Shown here: in pieces, positions 10,508 through 20,417 of the stretch
How positions within the stretch are numbered: the stretch's first letter is position 1
How the letters are laid out: each line of letters opens with the position of its first letter
Sequence record: SRR20825019_354
Reading direction: 5' to 3' (one strand)
Length of the DNA: 64,000 bases
Translations under genes and position numbers: made by a program
Notes under the pieces: generated by a model
The model's input: the letters and a program-made list of their open reading frames with translations, nothing else
Databases searched by the model: none
What the model was told of the DNA's origin: nothing

Positions 10508-11506
10508 TTAATTCACTTTTATTTCTATACGTCTGTTCTTTGCTCTATTAGCATCTGTTGTATTTGGAAACTTAGGATCAGATTCTCCTTTGGAGCTTGC
10601 TGTCATTTTATTAGCATCTATACCTATTGATATTAGATATTTCATTACTAATTTAGCTCGTTGTTCTCCAATCCATAAATTATCTTCCTCTTCTCCAACA
10701 AAATCTGTATGCCCTACAATGCTTACTCGCTTATTTGGGTGTTTCTGTAAGTAAGACTTTAATTCAAGCGCATAACTTTTTAGTGTTGCATCTGGTTTAA
10801 AATTCTGTTGTGCAAATGAGGAATATAGCGTTTTATTGGTCACACTTTCCTCTATAGCTTCAATCTTGGCTGAAGAAAGTTGTTTAAACTCCACAACAAT
10901 GGCTTCATAATTTCTGCCACGAGTATCAAACTTTAATGGGCGTTCAATAGCTTTGGTAGATATTCTATGCTCATTTAAACCATACCTTAAAATTCTATTT
11001 TTTAAGAAATTGGCTCTTGCTATTCCTAAAGAATCGGTTGTTTGCTCTGTCGTAGAACTGTATGCGCCATAAACAACCATCTCTGTATTAGGATTGGTGT
11101 TCATGTAATTTACAGCTTTAGTTATAAACCCTAAATTTGGTTGTGGAACGTAAATGTTGGCTTTATTTTTATAAGCCGTTAATGGGTTAGGATAATAAAA
11201 AATAGTATCACCACTTGGCTGTAGTGTTCCCAGAAAGTTAGCATTTGTGAACTTATTTTTTATCCTATCAGTTTCAATTGCGAGTTGCTTTAATGAGTCT
11301 TGCCTAACCCTTTCTAAACTATCATTATAATGTTTAAGCTTAGCTTCTTCTTGGGATTTTAATTCTTCAGCTGTCTGTTCTGTAGTTTTAGTTTCATTAA
11401 AGAAACTAATATCGTTACACAATCCTTTTATAACACAGCTGTAATACCACATTCCAAAAATTGCCCAAATACAAAAGAATAAGAATGCCGTAAAAAAGTT
11501 TTTCAT
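10508..11506 (-). CDS. OmpA-like peptidoglycan-binding domain protein
   Basis: IVGHTD, NLWIGEQRA, KGESDP, NRRIEI; N-terminal hydrophobic anchor. Confidence 0.85.
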   Translation of the reverse strand: MKNFFTAFLFFCIWAIFGMWYYSCVIKGLCNDISFFNETKTTEQTAEELKSQEEAKLKHYNDSLERVRQDSLKQLAIETDRIKNKFTNANFLGTLQPSGDTIFYYPNPLTAYKNKANIYVPQPNLGFITKAVNYMNTNPNTEMVVYGAYSSTTEQTTDSLGIARANFLKNRILRYGLNEHRISTKAIERPLKFDTRGRNYEAIVVEFKQLSSAKIEAIEESVTNKTLYSSFAQQNFKPDATLKSYALELKSYLQKHPNKRVSIVGHTDFVGEEEDNLWIGEQRAKLVMKYLISIGIDANKMTASSKGESDPKFPNTTDANRAKNRRIEIKVN

Positions 11507-11652
11507 GTAGTATGCCTATGTTCTGCTTATAAATTTATAAAAAGTCTTCAAATTGTATATTAACATTTGGATAAATGTGATAAAAGACAGATTATTCTGA
11601 TAAACGAATGTGAAAATTATGTTATAAGCTATAATTAATCAGTAATATATAT

Positions 11653-11660
11653 TACTTTTG
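11653..11660 (+). promoter_or_regulatory. Bacteroidota -7 promoter element of the his operon
   Basis: TACTTTTG matches TAnnTTTG, 8 nt upstream of the leader ATG. Confidence 0.6.
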
Positions 11661-11668
11661 TTGCCATA

Positions 11669-11722
11669 ATGAGAAACACACATACACATCACCATTTTTC
11701 TAGCAACGCTCAAGCGATGTAG
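11669..11722 (+). CDS. hisL: His operon leader peptide MRNTHTHHHFSSNAQAM
   Basis: 17-aa ORF with 4 clustered His codons upstream of hisG and of a terminator. Confidence 0.85.
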   Translation: MRNTHTHHHFSSNAQAM

Positions 11723-11749
11723 ATTTGGTATGTGAAAAACTATAAATCT

Positions 11750-11788
11750 AAAACCCGTTTGAGACATTCAAACGGGTTTTTTGTTTTT
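11750..11788 (+). terminator. His attenuator terminator
   Basis: AAAACCCGTTTGA-GACAT-TCAAACGGGTTTT plus T-run; alternative pairing of CTCAAGCG (11709-11716) with CGTTTGAG (11756-11763). Confidence 0.88.
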
Positions 11789-11829
11789 ATCCGTTTGCCA
11801 AAATTGTTCTCAAACATAAACTGTAACCA

Positions 11830-12687
11830 ATGAGTACTATTAAAATTGCCATTCAGAAAAGTGGCAGATTAAATGAAGATTCTCTTCAAATTCTTAAAGA
11901 TTGTGGCATATCTATAGATAATGGTAAAGACCAACTTAAAGCTAGCGCCCGTAATTTTCCCTTAGAAGTTTTTTATTTACGCAATGGTGATATACCACAA
12001 TATCTAAGAGATGGCGTTGTAGATATAGCTATCATCGGAGAGAATGTATTAATAGAAAAAGGTGAAGACATTGCAATTGCAGAAAAGTTAGGCTTTTCTA
12101 AATGTAAAGTATCTCTGGCAATTCCTAAGGAGAAAGATTACAATGGTATTTCAGATTTTCAAGGCAAACGTATTGCTACTTCTTATCCAAATACCGTTCA
12201 ACAGTATTTAAACAAACATAATATTGAAGCAGATTTGCACATAATTAACGGGTCTGTTGAAATTGCTCCAAATATAGGTCTTGCAGATGCTATTTGTGAT
12301 ATCGTTTCTAGCGGAAGTACCTTGTTTAAAAATAACTTGAAAGAAGTTGAAGTCATGTTAAAAAGTGAAGCAGTGTTAGCTGTCTCACCTAAAATAACAG
12401 ATGAAGCTAAAGAGACGTTAGAAAAGTTACAGTTTAGAATGCGTGCGGTTTTAAACGGCAAAAACTCTAAATATGTATTGCTAAATGCACCAAATGATAA
12501 GATTGAAACTATTATAGGTATCCTGCCAGGTATGAACAGTCCAACTGTTTTACCACTTGCAAAAGAAGGTTGGAGTTCTTTACACTCTGTTGTTAAGGAT
12601 AACGAATTTTGGCAAGTAATTGATGATCTTAAGGAAGCTGGAGCAGAGAGCATTTTAGTTGCACCAATTGAAAAAATGGTTTTGTAA
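11830..12687 (+). CDS. hisG: ATP phosphoribosyltransferase
   Basis: IAIQKSGRL, IATSYP, GSVEIAP, DIVSSGSTL. Confidence 0.97.
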   Translation: MSTIKIAIQKSGRLNEDSLQILKDCGISIDNGKDQLKASARNFPLEVFYLRNGDIPQYLRDGVVDIAIIGENVLIEKGEDIAIAEKLGFSKCKVSLAIPKEKDYNGISDFQGKRIATSYPNTVQQYLNKHNIEADLHIINGSVEIAPNIGLADAICDIVSSGSTLFKNNLKEVEVMLKSEAVLAVSPKITDEAKETLEKLQFRMRAVLNGKNSKYVLLNAPNDKIETIIGILPGMNSPTVLPLAKEGWSSLHSVVKDNEFWQVIDDLKEAGAESILVAPIEKMVL

Positions 12688-12689
12688 TT

Positions 12690-13979
12690 ATGAAGTTTGT
12701 ATCCTATCCTAAAATAGAAGATTGGCAAGACCTGTTAAAACGCCCTACTCAAACGGTTGAAGATATTGAAGATACCGTAAAACAAATCTTTTCTGAGGTT
12801 GACTCTAAAGGTGATGAAGCCATTAAAAAGTATACCGAACTTTTTGACGGCATTAAACTAAATCAATTAGAAGTTTCAAACTTAGAAATTAAGGAATCAG
12901 AATCTCTTGTTTCAGAAGAGTTAAAACAAGCCATTACATTGGCAAAGTCTAACATAGAGGTATTTCACAAAGCACAGCGTACCCAAAAAATAGAAGTTGA
13001 AACCACGCAAGGTGTACGTTGTTGGCAAGAAAAAAGACCTATTCAAAAAGTAGGCTTATATATTCCTGGTGGTACAGCACCACTCTTTTCAACCATTTTA
13101 ATGTTGGCTGTTCCTGCCTTAATTGCAGGTTGTGAGGAGATTGTGCTGTGCACGCCACCAGATAAAGAAGGAAAGATTAATCCCGCTATTTTATACACCG
13201 CAAATCTTTGTGGCATTTCTAAAATTTATAAAGTTGGTGGCATTCAAGCTATTGCAGGTATGACATTCGGTACAAAGTCTATCTCAAAAGTTTATAAAAT
13301 ATTTGGTCCTGGAAATCAATTCGTAACAGTCGCTAAACAATTGGCTACCAAATTTAATGTAGCTATAGATATGCCTGCAGGACCAAGTGAATTGTTAGTT
13401 GTTGCAGATGATACTGCAAATGCTGCTTTTGTAGCTTCAGACTTATTAAGCCAAGCAGAACACGGCAAAGACAGCCAGGTTATTTTAGTGAGTACCTCTA
13501 TGGATCTTATAAAAGATGTCGAGGCAGAAATATCAAATCAACTTAAAGAACTCCCAAGAAAAGATATTGCAGAAGTTGCTATAAAACATTCAAAATCTAT
13601 CTTAGTTAAAGATAATGTAGAAGCATTAGATCTCATTAACACTTATGGTCCAGAGCACTTTATAGTATGTACAAAAGACAATGACTTTTTTGTAAATGGT
13701 ATTCAAAATGCAGGCTCAGTATTTATTGGAAATTACACACCAGAAAGTGCAGGAGATTACGCAAGTGGCACCAATCATACGTTACCTACAAATGGTTACG
13801 CCAAACAATATAGTGGTGTAAACCTAGACAGTTTTATGAAGAGTATGACGTTTCAGGAAATTTCTAAAACCGGTATCCAAAATATTGGTAATGCTATTGA
13901 GCTTATGGCAGAAGCAGAAGGCCTGCAAGCACACAAAAATGCGGTAACATTACGTTTAAAATCTCTAGACAATGAATAA
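12690..13979 (+). CDS. hisD: Histidinol dehydrogenase
   Basis: GLYIPGG, GPGNQFV, AGPSE, SQAEH, GTNHTLPT. Confidence 0.97.
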   Translation: MKFVSYPKIEDWQDLLKRPTQTVEDIEDTVKQIFSEVDSKGDEAIKKYTELFDGIKLNQLEVSNLEIKESESLVSEELKQAITLAKSNIEVFHKAQRTQKIEVETTQGVRCWQEKRPIQKVGLYIPGGTAPLFSTILMLAVPALIAGCEEIVLCTPPDKEGKINPAILYTANLCGISKIYKVGGIQAIAGMTFGTKSISKVYKIFGPGNQFVTVAKQLATKFNVAIDMPAGPSELLVVADDTANAAFVASDLLSQAEHGKDSQVILVSTSMDLIKDVEAEISNQLKELPRKDIAEVAIKHSKSILVKDNVEALDLINTYGPEHFIVCTKDNDFFVNGIQNAGSVFIGNYTPESAGDYASGTNHTLPTNGYAKQYSGVNLDSFMKSMTFQEISKTGIQNIGNAIELMAEAEGLQAHKNAVTLRLKSLDNE

Positions 13980-15027
13980 AGATTTTAACTTAGATACCTT
14001 AGTTCGTGAGAATATAAAAGCGATGAGCGCCTACTCTTCTGCTCGAGATGAGTTTACAGATTTTGAAGATGACATGGTATTTTTAGATGCCAATGAGAAT
14101 CCCTTTGAGACCAAAGTAAATAGGTATCCAGACCCACAACAATTAAATTTGAAGACTCAGCTTTCTTCTGTTAAGCGTGTTCCTATAAATCAGATTCTAT
14201 TAGGTAATGGTAGCGATGAAGTTTTAGATTTAATCTTTAGAGCATTTTGTGAACCAAATCGTGATAACATCATCACATTGCCACCTACTTACGGTATGTA
14301 TAAGGTGTTGGCAAATACCAATGCAATAGAAAATAAAGAGGTGTTACTTGTAGATGATTTTCAGTTAGATGTTAATGCTATTTTGGCTGAAGTAGATGCA
14401 AATACAAAACTTATCTTCATCTGCTCTCCTAATAATCCGACTGGAAACTTAATCGCTTCAAAAGCTATTGAAACAATCTTAAGTAGCTTTAACGGTATTG
14501 TAGTGATCGACGAAGCTTATATAGATTTTGCTGAAGCTGAAAGTTGGACGACGCGATTACAGGAATTTCAAAATCTAATTGTCACTCAAACTTTATCTAA
14601 AGCTTATGGTATGGCAGGAATTAGATTGGGTATGTGCTTTGCTTCTAAAGAAATAATTTCTATTCTTAATAAAATAAAACCACCATACAATGTTAACGTA
14701 TTAACGCAGCAAGTGGCTTTAAAACGAATTTTAGAAGAAGAAAATGTTCAACTAGAAATAACAAAACTAATCTCTGAAAGAGAAAAGCTTATAAACCAAT
14801 TGAGCACTATTAATTTTATAAATCATAGTTATAAAACAGATGCAAATTTTATTCTGGTGAAGGTTGATGATGCTAATAAACGCTACAAGCAACTTATTGA
14901 AAACGGAATTGTAATACGTAATAGAAGTACCCAACCACTTTGTGAAAACACATTACGATTTACGGTTGGTACAGCTTCTGAAAATGAGAAATTGATTACA
15001 AGTTTGAAATCAATTTCGAAATCCTGA
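13972..15027 (+). CDS. hisC: Histidinol-phosphate aminotransferase
   Basis: DANENP, NRYPDP, GNGSDE, DEAYIDF, TLSKAYGMAGIRLG. Confidence 0.97.
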   Translation: MNKDFNLDTLVRENIKAMSAYSSARDEFTDFEDDMVFLDANENPFETKVNRYPDPQQLNLKTQLSSVKRVPINQILLGNGSDEVLDLIFRAFCEPNRDNIITLPPTYGMYKVLANTNAIENKEVLLVDDFQLDVNAILAEVDANTKLIFICSPNNPTGNLIASKAIETILSSFNGIVVIDEAYIDFAEAESWTTRLQEFQNLIVTQTLSKAYGMAGIRLGMCFASKEIISILNKIKPPYNVNVLTQQVALKRILEEENVQLEITKLISEREKLINQLSTINFINHSYKTDANFILVKVDDANKRYKQLIENGIVIRNRSTQPLCENTLRFTVGTASENEKLITSLKSISKS

Positions 15028-15040
15028 ACTGGTTTCAGGA
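15022..15040. repeat. REP-like palindrome (left flank of the GIY-YIG gene), overlapping the hisC stop codon
   Basis: TCCTGAA-CTGGT-TTCAGGA; related to the copies at 15419-15439 and 61486-61512. Confidence 0.75.
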
Positions 15041-15069
15041 ACTTTTGAATACAACCTACTAAATTAGTT

Positions 15070-15360
15070 ATGAATGATGATGTGAAAATCTATTACTGCT
15101 ATATACTTTCAAACAAAAACAGAGGTGTATTGTATATTGGTTACACTGAAAATTTAAAAGTAAGGTTAGAAAAGCATAAAAAAGGGACAGGTGCAGTTTT
15201 TACAAAAATATATAATGTTCACGACTTAGTTTATTATGAAAAGTTTGACATTAAAAAACAAGCAAAACAAAGAGAGAAGCAATTAAAAAATTGGCATAAA
15301 GACTGGAAATGGAATTTAGTAAAATCAGTAAATCCAGAATTAAAAACAATTGATATTTAA
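15070..15360 (+). CDS. Stand-alone GIY-YIG nuclease family protein inserted in the his operon
   Basis: YCYIL...LYIGYT..L..RL..H, FTKIY, REKQLKNW...WKWNLV...NP. Confidence 0.9.
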   Translation: MNDDVKIYYCYILSNKNRGVLYIGYTENLKVRLEKHKKGTGAVFTKIYNVHDLVYYEKFDIKKQAKQREKQLKNWHKDWKWNLVKSVNPELKTIDI

Positions 15361-15418
15361 AAATTAATAATATTAACTGAAACAAGTATTCAAAAACCAC
15401 TCAGTTAAGTTTAAAAAG

Positions 15419-15439
15419 ACCCTGAATCAAGTTCAGGGT
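15419..15439. repeat. REP-like palindrome (right flank of the GIY-YIG gene, inverted relative to the left copy)
   Basis: ACCCTGAA-TCAAG-TTCAGGGT. Confidence 0.75.
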
Positions 15440-15453
15440 GAAAATTTCAGAAT

Positions 15454-16587
15454 ATGAAAAAAGTACTATTCATAGACAGAGACGGCACAATCATTAAAGA
15501 AACTGTAGATGAGCAAATTGACGCATTTGAGAAAATGATATTTTACCCTAAGGCATTTACATTTTTAGGAAAAATAGCTAAGGAACTAGATTACGAATTG
15601 GTGATGATCACTAATCAAGATGGTTTGGGAACAGATGTGTTTCCGGAAGACACCTTCTGGCCTGTCCATAATTTTATTATGACATCTTTTGAGAATGAAG
15701 GTGTTACCTTTAATAAAGTCTTTTTAGACCGTACGTTTCCGCACGAAAATAAAGATACCAGAAAACCAGGAACAGGATTACTCACTGAGTATTTTTCTGA
15801 AGACTATGATTTAGAAAACTCCTTTGTCATAGGCGATAGGCTTACAGATATGGAACTTGCTAAAAACTTAGGTTCTAAGGGCATTTTTATAAACGACGAC
15901 ACCAATTTAGGAACAGGCGAAATATCAACTTCAGAAAAAGAATTGGAGCAACATATTGCTATTGAAACTAATGATTGGGAACGTATATACGAGTTTTTAA
16001 AATTAAAAAACAGAACCTATGAAATTACTAGAAACACCAACGAAACCAAGATTAACATAACACTTAATCTTGATGGAAAAGGAAATAGTAATATAGATAC
16101 AGGTCTAAAGTTTTTCGATCATATGTTAGATCAATTAGCTCGACATGGTGCTATGGATTTAGATATAAAAGTAGATGGCGATTTAGAAGTAGATGAACAC
16201 CATACAATTGAAGATACAGCCATTGCTTTAGGCGAAGTATTTGCCAATGCATTAGGTAACAAAATGGGTATTGAGCGTTATGGATTCTGTTTACCTATGG
16301 ATGATTGTTTAGCACAAGTTGCCATAGATTTTGGAGGTAGAAACTGGCTTGTTTGGGACGCAGAGTTCAACAGAGAGCACGTTGGTGATATGCCAACCGA
16401 AATGTTTATACATTTCTTTAAAAGCTTTAGTGATGGTGCAAAAGCTAACCTTAACATAAAGGCAGAAGGCCAGAATGAACATCATAAAATTGAAGCTATT
16501 TTTAAGGCATTTGCAAAAAGTATTAAAATGGCAGTAAAACGTGATGTAGAAAAGATGGTGTTGCCTAGTACTAAAGGTGTTCTTTAA
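15454..16587 (+). CDS. hisB: Bifunctional histidinol-phosphatase / imidazoleglycerol-phosphate dehydratase
   Basis: FIDRDGT (HAD), [27 protein letters not shown]. Confidence 0.97.
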   Translation: MKKVLFIDRDGTIIKETVDEQIDAFEKMIFYPKAFTFLGKIAKELDYELVMITNQDGLGTDVFPEDTFWPVHNFIMTSFENEGVTFNKVFLDRTFPHENKDTRKPGTGLLTEYFSEDYDLENSFVIGDRLTDMELAKNLGSKGIFINDDTNLGTGEISTSEKELEQHIAIETNDWERIYEFLKLKNRTYEITRNTNETKINITLNLDGKGNSNIDTGLKFFDHMLDQLARHGAMDLDIKVDGDLEVDEHHTIEDTAIALGEVFANALGNKMGIERYGFCLPMDDCLAQVAIDFGGRNWLVWDAEFNREHVGDMPTEMFIHFFKSFSDGAKANLNIKAEGQNEHHKIEAIFKAFAKSIKMAVKRDVEKMVLPSTKGVL

Positions 16588-16693
16588 AGTTAAAAGCTGT
16601 AAGTAAAAAGATCTATCGAGCTTACTGCTTTAATAGCTAATTCAATGAAAACTGCACAAACAATATAGATATACTATGTATTCAAAAATAATA

Positions 16694-16728
16694 ACCTCAA
16701 ACCTTTCACTTCATACTTCTTACTTATT
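16694..16728 (+). repeat. Degenerate tandem heptamer array
   Basis: ACCTCAA-ACCTTTC-ACTTCAT-ACTTCTT-ACTTATT directly abutting the hisH ATG. Confidence 0.55.
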
Positions 16729-17313
16729 ATGAAACTAGTAATAATTAATTATGGTGCAGGCAATATAAAAAGCCTTCAGTTTGCATTTAAACGTCTAGGT
16801 GTTGAGGCGATTTTGTCTGATGATACTGAAACGATTAAAAAAGCCGACAAGGTTATATTTCCTGGTGTTGGTGAAGCAAGTTCTGCAATGAAGAAGCTGA
16901 AAGAAACTGGTTTGCACAAACTAATACCTACATTAAAACAACCTGTCTTGGGAATCTGTCTAGGTATGCAGTTAATGTGTAATTATACTGAAGAAGGACA
17001 AACAGAAGGTCTTGGCATTTTTGATGTTGATGTTTTAAAATTTGATTCAGCCTTAGTAAAAGTGCCCCAAATTGGGTGGAATACAATTACCAATTTAAAA
17101 TCTGAGTTGTTTCAACAAGTTTTAGAGCATAGTTTTATGTATTTAGTACATAGCTACTACGCTCCTATTTCTACTGAAACTATTTCAACAAGCGAATATC
17201 AAATACAATATAGTTCTGCTTTACAAAAAGACAATTTTTATGGTGTGCAATTTCACCCTGAAAAAAGTAGTAATGACGGAGAACAACTTTTAAAAAATTT
17301 CTTAAACCTATAA
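16729..17313 (+). CDS. hisH: Imidazole glycerol phosphate synthase glutaminase subunit
   Basis: PGVG, GICLGMQ, QFHPEKS. Confidence 0.97.
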   Translation: MKLVIINYGAGNIKSLQFAFKRLGVEAILSDDTETIKKADKVIFPGVGEASSAMKKLKETGLHKLIPTLKQPVLGICLGMQLMCNYTEEGQTEGLGIFDVDVLKFDSALVKVPQIGWNTITNLKSELFQQVLEHSFMYLVHSYYAPISTETISTSEYQIQYSSALQKDNFYGVQFHPEKSSNDGEQLLKNFLNL

Positions 17314-17316
17314 CAT

Positions 17317-18048
17317 ATGCGAATTATTCCAGCAATAGATATTATAGAAGGTAAATGCGTAAGATTGAGTAAAGGCGACTACTCTACTAAGAAAATTTAT
17401 AGTGAAGATCCTTTAGACATGGCAAAACGTTTTGAGGATCACGGCATTAAATATTTGCATTTGGTAGATTTAGATGGTGCAAAATCTAAGCATATTGTTA
17501 ATCACAAAGTTTTAGAAAATATTGCCACAAACACTTCTTTACAGATTGATTTTGGTGGTGGTCTAAAAACCGATGACGATTTGAGAATTGCTTTTGAAAG
17601 TGGTGCAAAACAAATTACTGGAGGTAGTATTGCCGTTAAAAATCCTGAAACATTTACGTCTTGGATTAATACCTACGGTGCAGATAAAATTATTTTAGGT
17701 GCAGATGCCATGGATGAAAAGATTGCCGTTTCTGGCTGGTTAGAAGAAAGTGACAAAGCTTTAATTCCTTTTATAAATGAGTATCAAAATAAAGGCATAG
17801 CCTATGTAATTTGTACAGATATTTCTAAAGATGGTATGCTTGAAGGACCAGCATTTAATTTATATAAGCGTATTTTAAATGAAACCGAAAATGATCTTAA
17901 ACTCATAGCTTCAGGAGGAATCTCAACATTTGATGAACTTCCAAAATTAGCCGAAATTGGTTGTGAGGGCACCATAATTGGTAAAGCAATTTATGAGAAT
18001 AGAATCTCTTTAAAGCAACTTGAATCCTTCATTTTAAATTCAAATTAA
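17317..18048 (+). CDS. hisA: ProFAR isomerase
   Basis: [27 protein letters not shown]. Confidence 0.97.
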   Translation: MRIIPAIDIIEGKCVRLSKGDYSTKKIYSEDPLDMAKRFEDHGIKYLHLVDLDGAKSKHIVNHKVLENIATNTSLQIDFGGGLKTDDDLRIAFESGAKQITGGSIAVKNPETFTSWINTYGADKIILGADAMDEKIAVSGWLEESDKALIPFINEYQNKGIAYVICTDISKDGMLEGPAFNLYKRILNETENDLKLIASGGISTFDELPKLAEIGCEGTIIGKAIYENRISLKQLESFILNSN

Positions 18049-18091
18049 GAAATTAGAAAAGGCAAACTCCTAATCCCTAAAACCTAATCCC

Positions 18092-18847
18092 TTGTTAACA
18101 AAACGAATAATTCCTTGCTTAGATATAAAAGATGGCCGCACTGTAAAAGGTGTTAATTTTGTTGGGCTACGAGATGCCGGAGATCCTGTTGAGCTCGCAA
18201 AACGCTATGCTATTGAAGGTGCAGATGAATTGGTATTTCTAGATATTTCTGCAACAGAAGAAAAACGAAAAACATTGGCTAAGCTTGTCCTTCAAGTTGC
18301 AGAACAAGTAAATATACCTTTTACTGTTGGTGGTGGCATCTCAAGTGTTGAAGATGTAGATATCCTGCTTCAAAATGGCGCAGATAAAGTTTCAATTAAT
18401 TCATCGGCAGTTAAAAACCCTCAGTTAATAAATGACTTATCGGCTAAATTTGGGAGTCAATGTGTAACAGTAGCTATTGATGCTAAAGAAGTTAATGGCG
18501 AATGGATTGTACACCTAGTTGGTGGTAAAGTACCTACAGAACTCAATTTATTTACTTGGGCTAAAGAGGTTGAACAGCGCGGTGCTGGCGAGATTTTATT
18601 TACCTCAATGAATAACGATGGTACAAAAGATGGTTTTGCTAATGAAGCGTTACGTAAGCTTTCAGAAGAATTAACTATACCTATTATTGCATCTGGTGGT
18701 GCAGGAAGTATTCAGCATTTTAAAGACACCTTTCACTTAGGGAAAAGTGATGCAGCATTAGCAGCAAGCGTATTTCACTTTAAAGAGATTGAAATTGTTG
18801 ATTTAAAGAAAGCCTTACAAGCTGATAATATTGCTGTAAGACTCTAA
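18092..18847 (+). CDS. hisF: Imidazole glycerol phosphate synthase cyclase subunit
   Basis: [25 protein letters not shown]. Confidence 0.97.
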   Translation: MLTKRIIPCLDIKDGRTVKGVNFVGLRDAGDPVELAKRYAIEGADELVFLDISATEEKRKTLAKLVLQVAEQVNIPFTVGGGISSVEDVDILLQNGADKVSINSSAVKNPQLINDLSAKFGSQCVTVAIDAKEVNGEWIVHLVGGKVPTELNLFTWAKEVEQRGAGEILFTSMNNDGTKDGFANEALRKLSEELTIPIIASGGAGSIQHFKDTFHLGKSDAALAASVFHFKEIEIVDLKKALQADNIAVRL

Positions 18848-18891
18848 ATTTTAAAATAAAGTAAGCAAGACGATTAAAAATAGAAGAAACT

Positions 18892-19512
18892 ATGACAATT
18901 AATTTTGATAAATATACAAACGGTTTGGTTCCAGCAATTATACAAGATTCTGAAACTAAGAATGTGTTAATGCTTGGTTATATGAATGATGAAGCAGTAT
19001 TAAAGACACAAGAACTAAAGCAGGTTACTTTTTTTAGCCGAAGCAAACAACGTCTTTGGACAAAAGGCGAAGAAAGTGGTAATGTTTTAGAATTGGTTTC
19101 TATTAAAGTAGATTGTGATCAAGATGCATTGTTAATTCAGGCAAAACCTAAAGGGCCAACGTGCCATAAAGGAAGTGATACTTGCTGGAATGAGAAGAAT
19201 GTTCAGAATTTTGGATTTCTTTCAGAATTAGAAACTATAATAAGTGAACGTAAAGAAATTTCAGAAGTTGCTCCAGAACAACGTGGTAAAGATGCTAAGA
19301 GTTATGTGGTTTCATTATTTGATGAGGGTATAAATAAGATAGCACAAAAAGTAGGCGAAGAAGCTGTTGAAACGGTAATTGAAGCCAAAGATGATAACGA
19401 CGACTTATTTCTAAATGAAAGTGCAGATTTATTATTTCACTATTTAATTCTTTTAAAAGCCAAAGGATTTAGCTTAAAGGATATTGAGGCTGTACTAAAA
19501 GGCAGACACTAA
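18892..19512 (+). CDS. hisIE: Bifunctional PR-AMP cyclohydrolase / PR-ATP pyrophosphatase
   Basis: WTKGEESGN, DCDQD, TCH...CW, QKVGEEAVE. Confidence 0.96.
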   Translation: MTINFDKYTNGLVPAIIQDSETKNVLMLGYMNDEAVLKTQELKQVTFFSRSKQRLWTKGEESGNVLELVSIKVDCDQDALLIQAKPKGPTCHKGSDTCWNEKNVQNFGFLSELETIISERKEISEVAPEQRGKDAKSYVVSLFDEGINKIAQKVGEEAVETVIEAKDDNDDLFLNESADLLFHYLILLKAKGFSLKDIEAVLKGRH

Positions 19513-20417
19513 TTTTTAAGTAAGTCTTCCAGAGCTAATTTAATGTGATGGTATTCATAAACAAAACCAGTTGAAGCTATTTTGTGATTGCTAGCCATTT
19601 GGCTGCCTAAAACTACGGTAGCCATTTCACCCAACATTAATTTTATAACAGGTTTTGGAATATTTGGTAGCCAAAGTGGTTTGTTAAGGGTTTCTGCAAT
19701 ATACTGTGTAATCTCCTTATTTGTTTGTGGTTTAGATGTAGCTGCATTATAAACACCATCTAAATGTTGGTCTACAACGTGTACAAACATTCTCGCTAAA
19801 TCGTCTATATGAATCCAAGATTGCCACTGTTTTCCACTCCCAAGAGGAGCACCAACACCAAGTTTAACAGGCTGTGCTAATTTAGGTAATGCACCATCTT
19901 CTTCGGCTAATACTAACCCTATTCTCAGTTTTGCAACATCTATTCCTATGGTTTCAAAAGCATCAATAGCAGCTTCCCATTTAACAACAACATCTGCAAT
20001 AAATGTATCATCAACTTCTTTATGCTCTTCTGTATAAAATTTGGTGAGAGAACTTGGATAAATACTTATACCACTAGCCGACACAATATGCTTAACGTTA
20101 TGCTCACGTTGAGATAAAGATTTTAAAAGAAGTTCTGCAGTTTCAGTTCTACTTTTTATAATCACTTTTTTGTAAGACTCTGTCCAACGCTTTGCAATAT
20201 TGGCCCCAACTAAGTTAATTATAGCGTCTACACCTTCAAAACAAGAAACATCTATTTCACCTTCTCTAGGATTCCAGTAAAATCCCTTATAATTAGGCTT
20301 ATTTTCAATTTTGTCCTTATCTGTTGTAAGATAATTTACAGTATAACCACGCTCATGACAAACGGCTGTAACATGTGTTCCGATTAATCCTGTAGCGCCT
20401 GTTATTAATAGTTTCAT
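19509..20417 (-). CDS. TIGR01777 family NAD-dependent epimerase/oxidoreductase
   Basis: ITGATGLIG, INLVGANI, GSGKQWQSWIHIDD. Confidence 0.88.
   Translation of the reverse strand: MKLLITGATGLIGTHVTAVCHERGYTVNYLTTDKDKIENKPNYKGFYWNPREGEIDVSCFEGVDAIINLVGANIAKRWTESYKKVIIKSRTETAELLLKSLSQREHNVKHIVSASGISIYPSSLTKFYTEEHKEVDDTFIADVVVKWEAAIDAFETIGIDVAKLRIGLVLAEEDGALPKLAQPVKLGVGAPLGSGKQWQSWIHIDDLARMFVHVVDQHLDGVYNAATSKPQTNKEITQYIAETLNKPLWLPNIPKPVIKLMLGEMATVVLGSQMASNHKIASTGFVYEYHHIKLALEDLLKN

Noticed and set aside
12198-12728. 176-aa ORF antisense to hisG
   Set aside because: Shadow ORF of a conserved gene, like the other short antisense ORFs within the M4 protease, ggt and pheT.
15022-15439. Interpretation as a classical IS element or CRISPR repeat
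   Set aside because: No DDE/HUH transposase, no visible target-site duplication and no repeat-spacer array.
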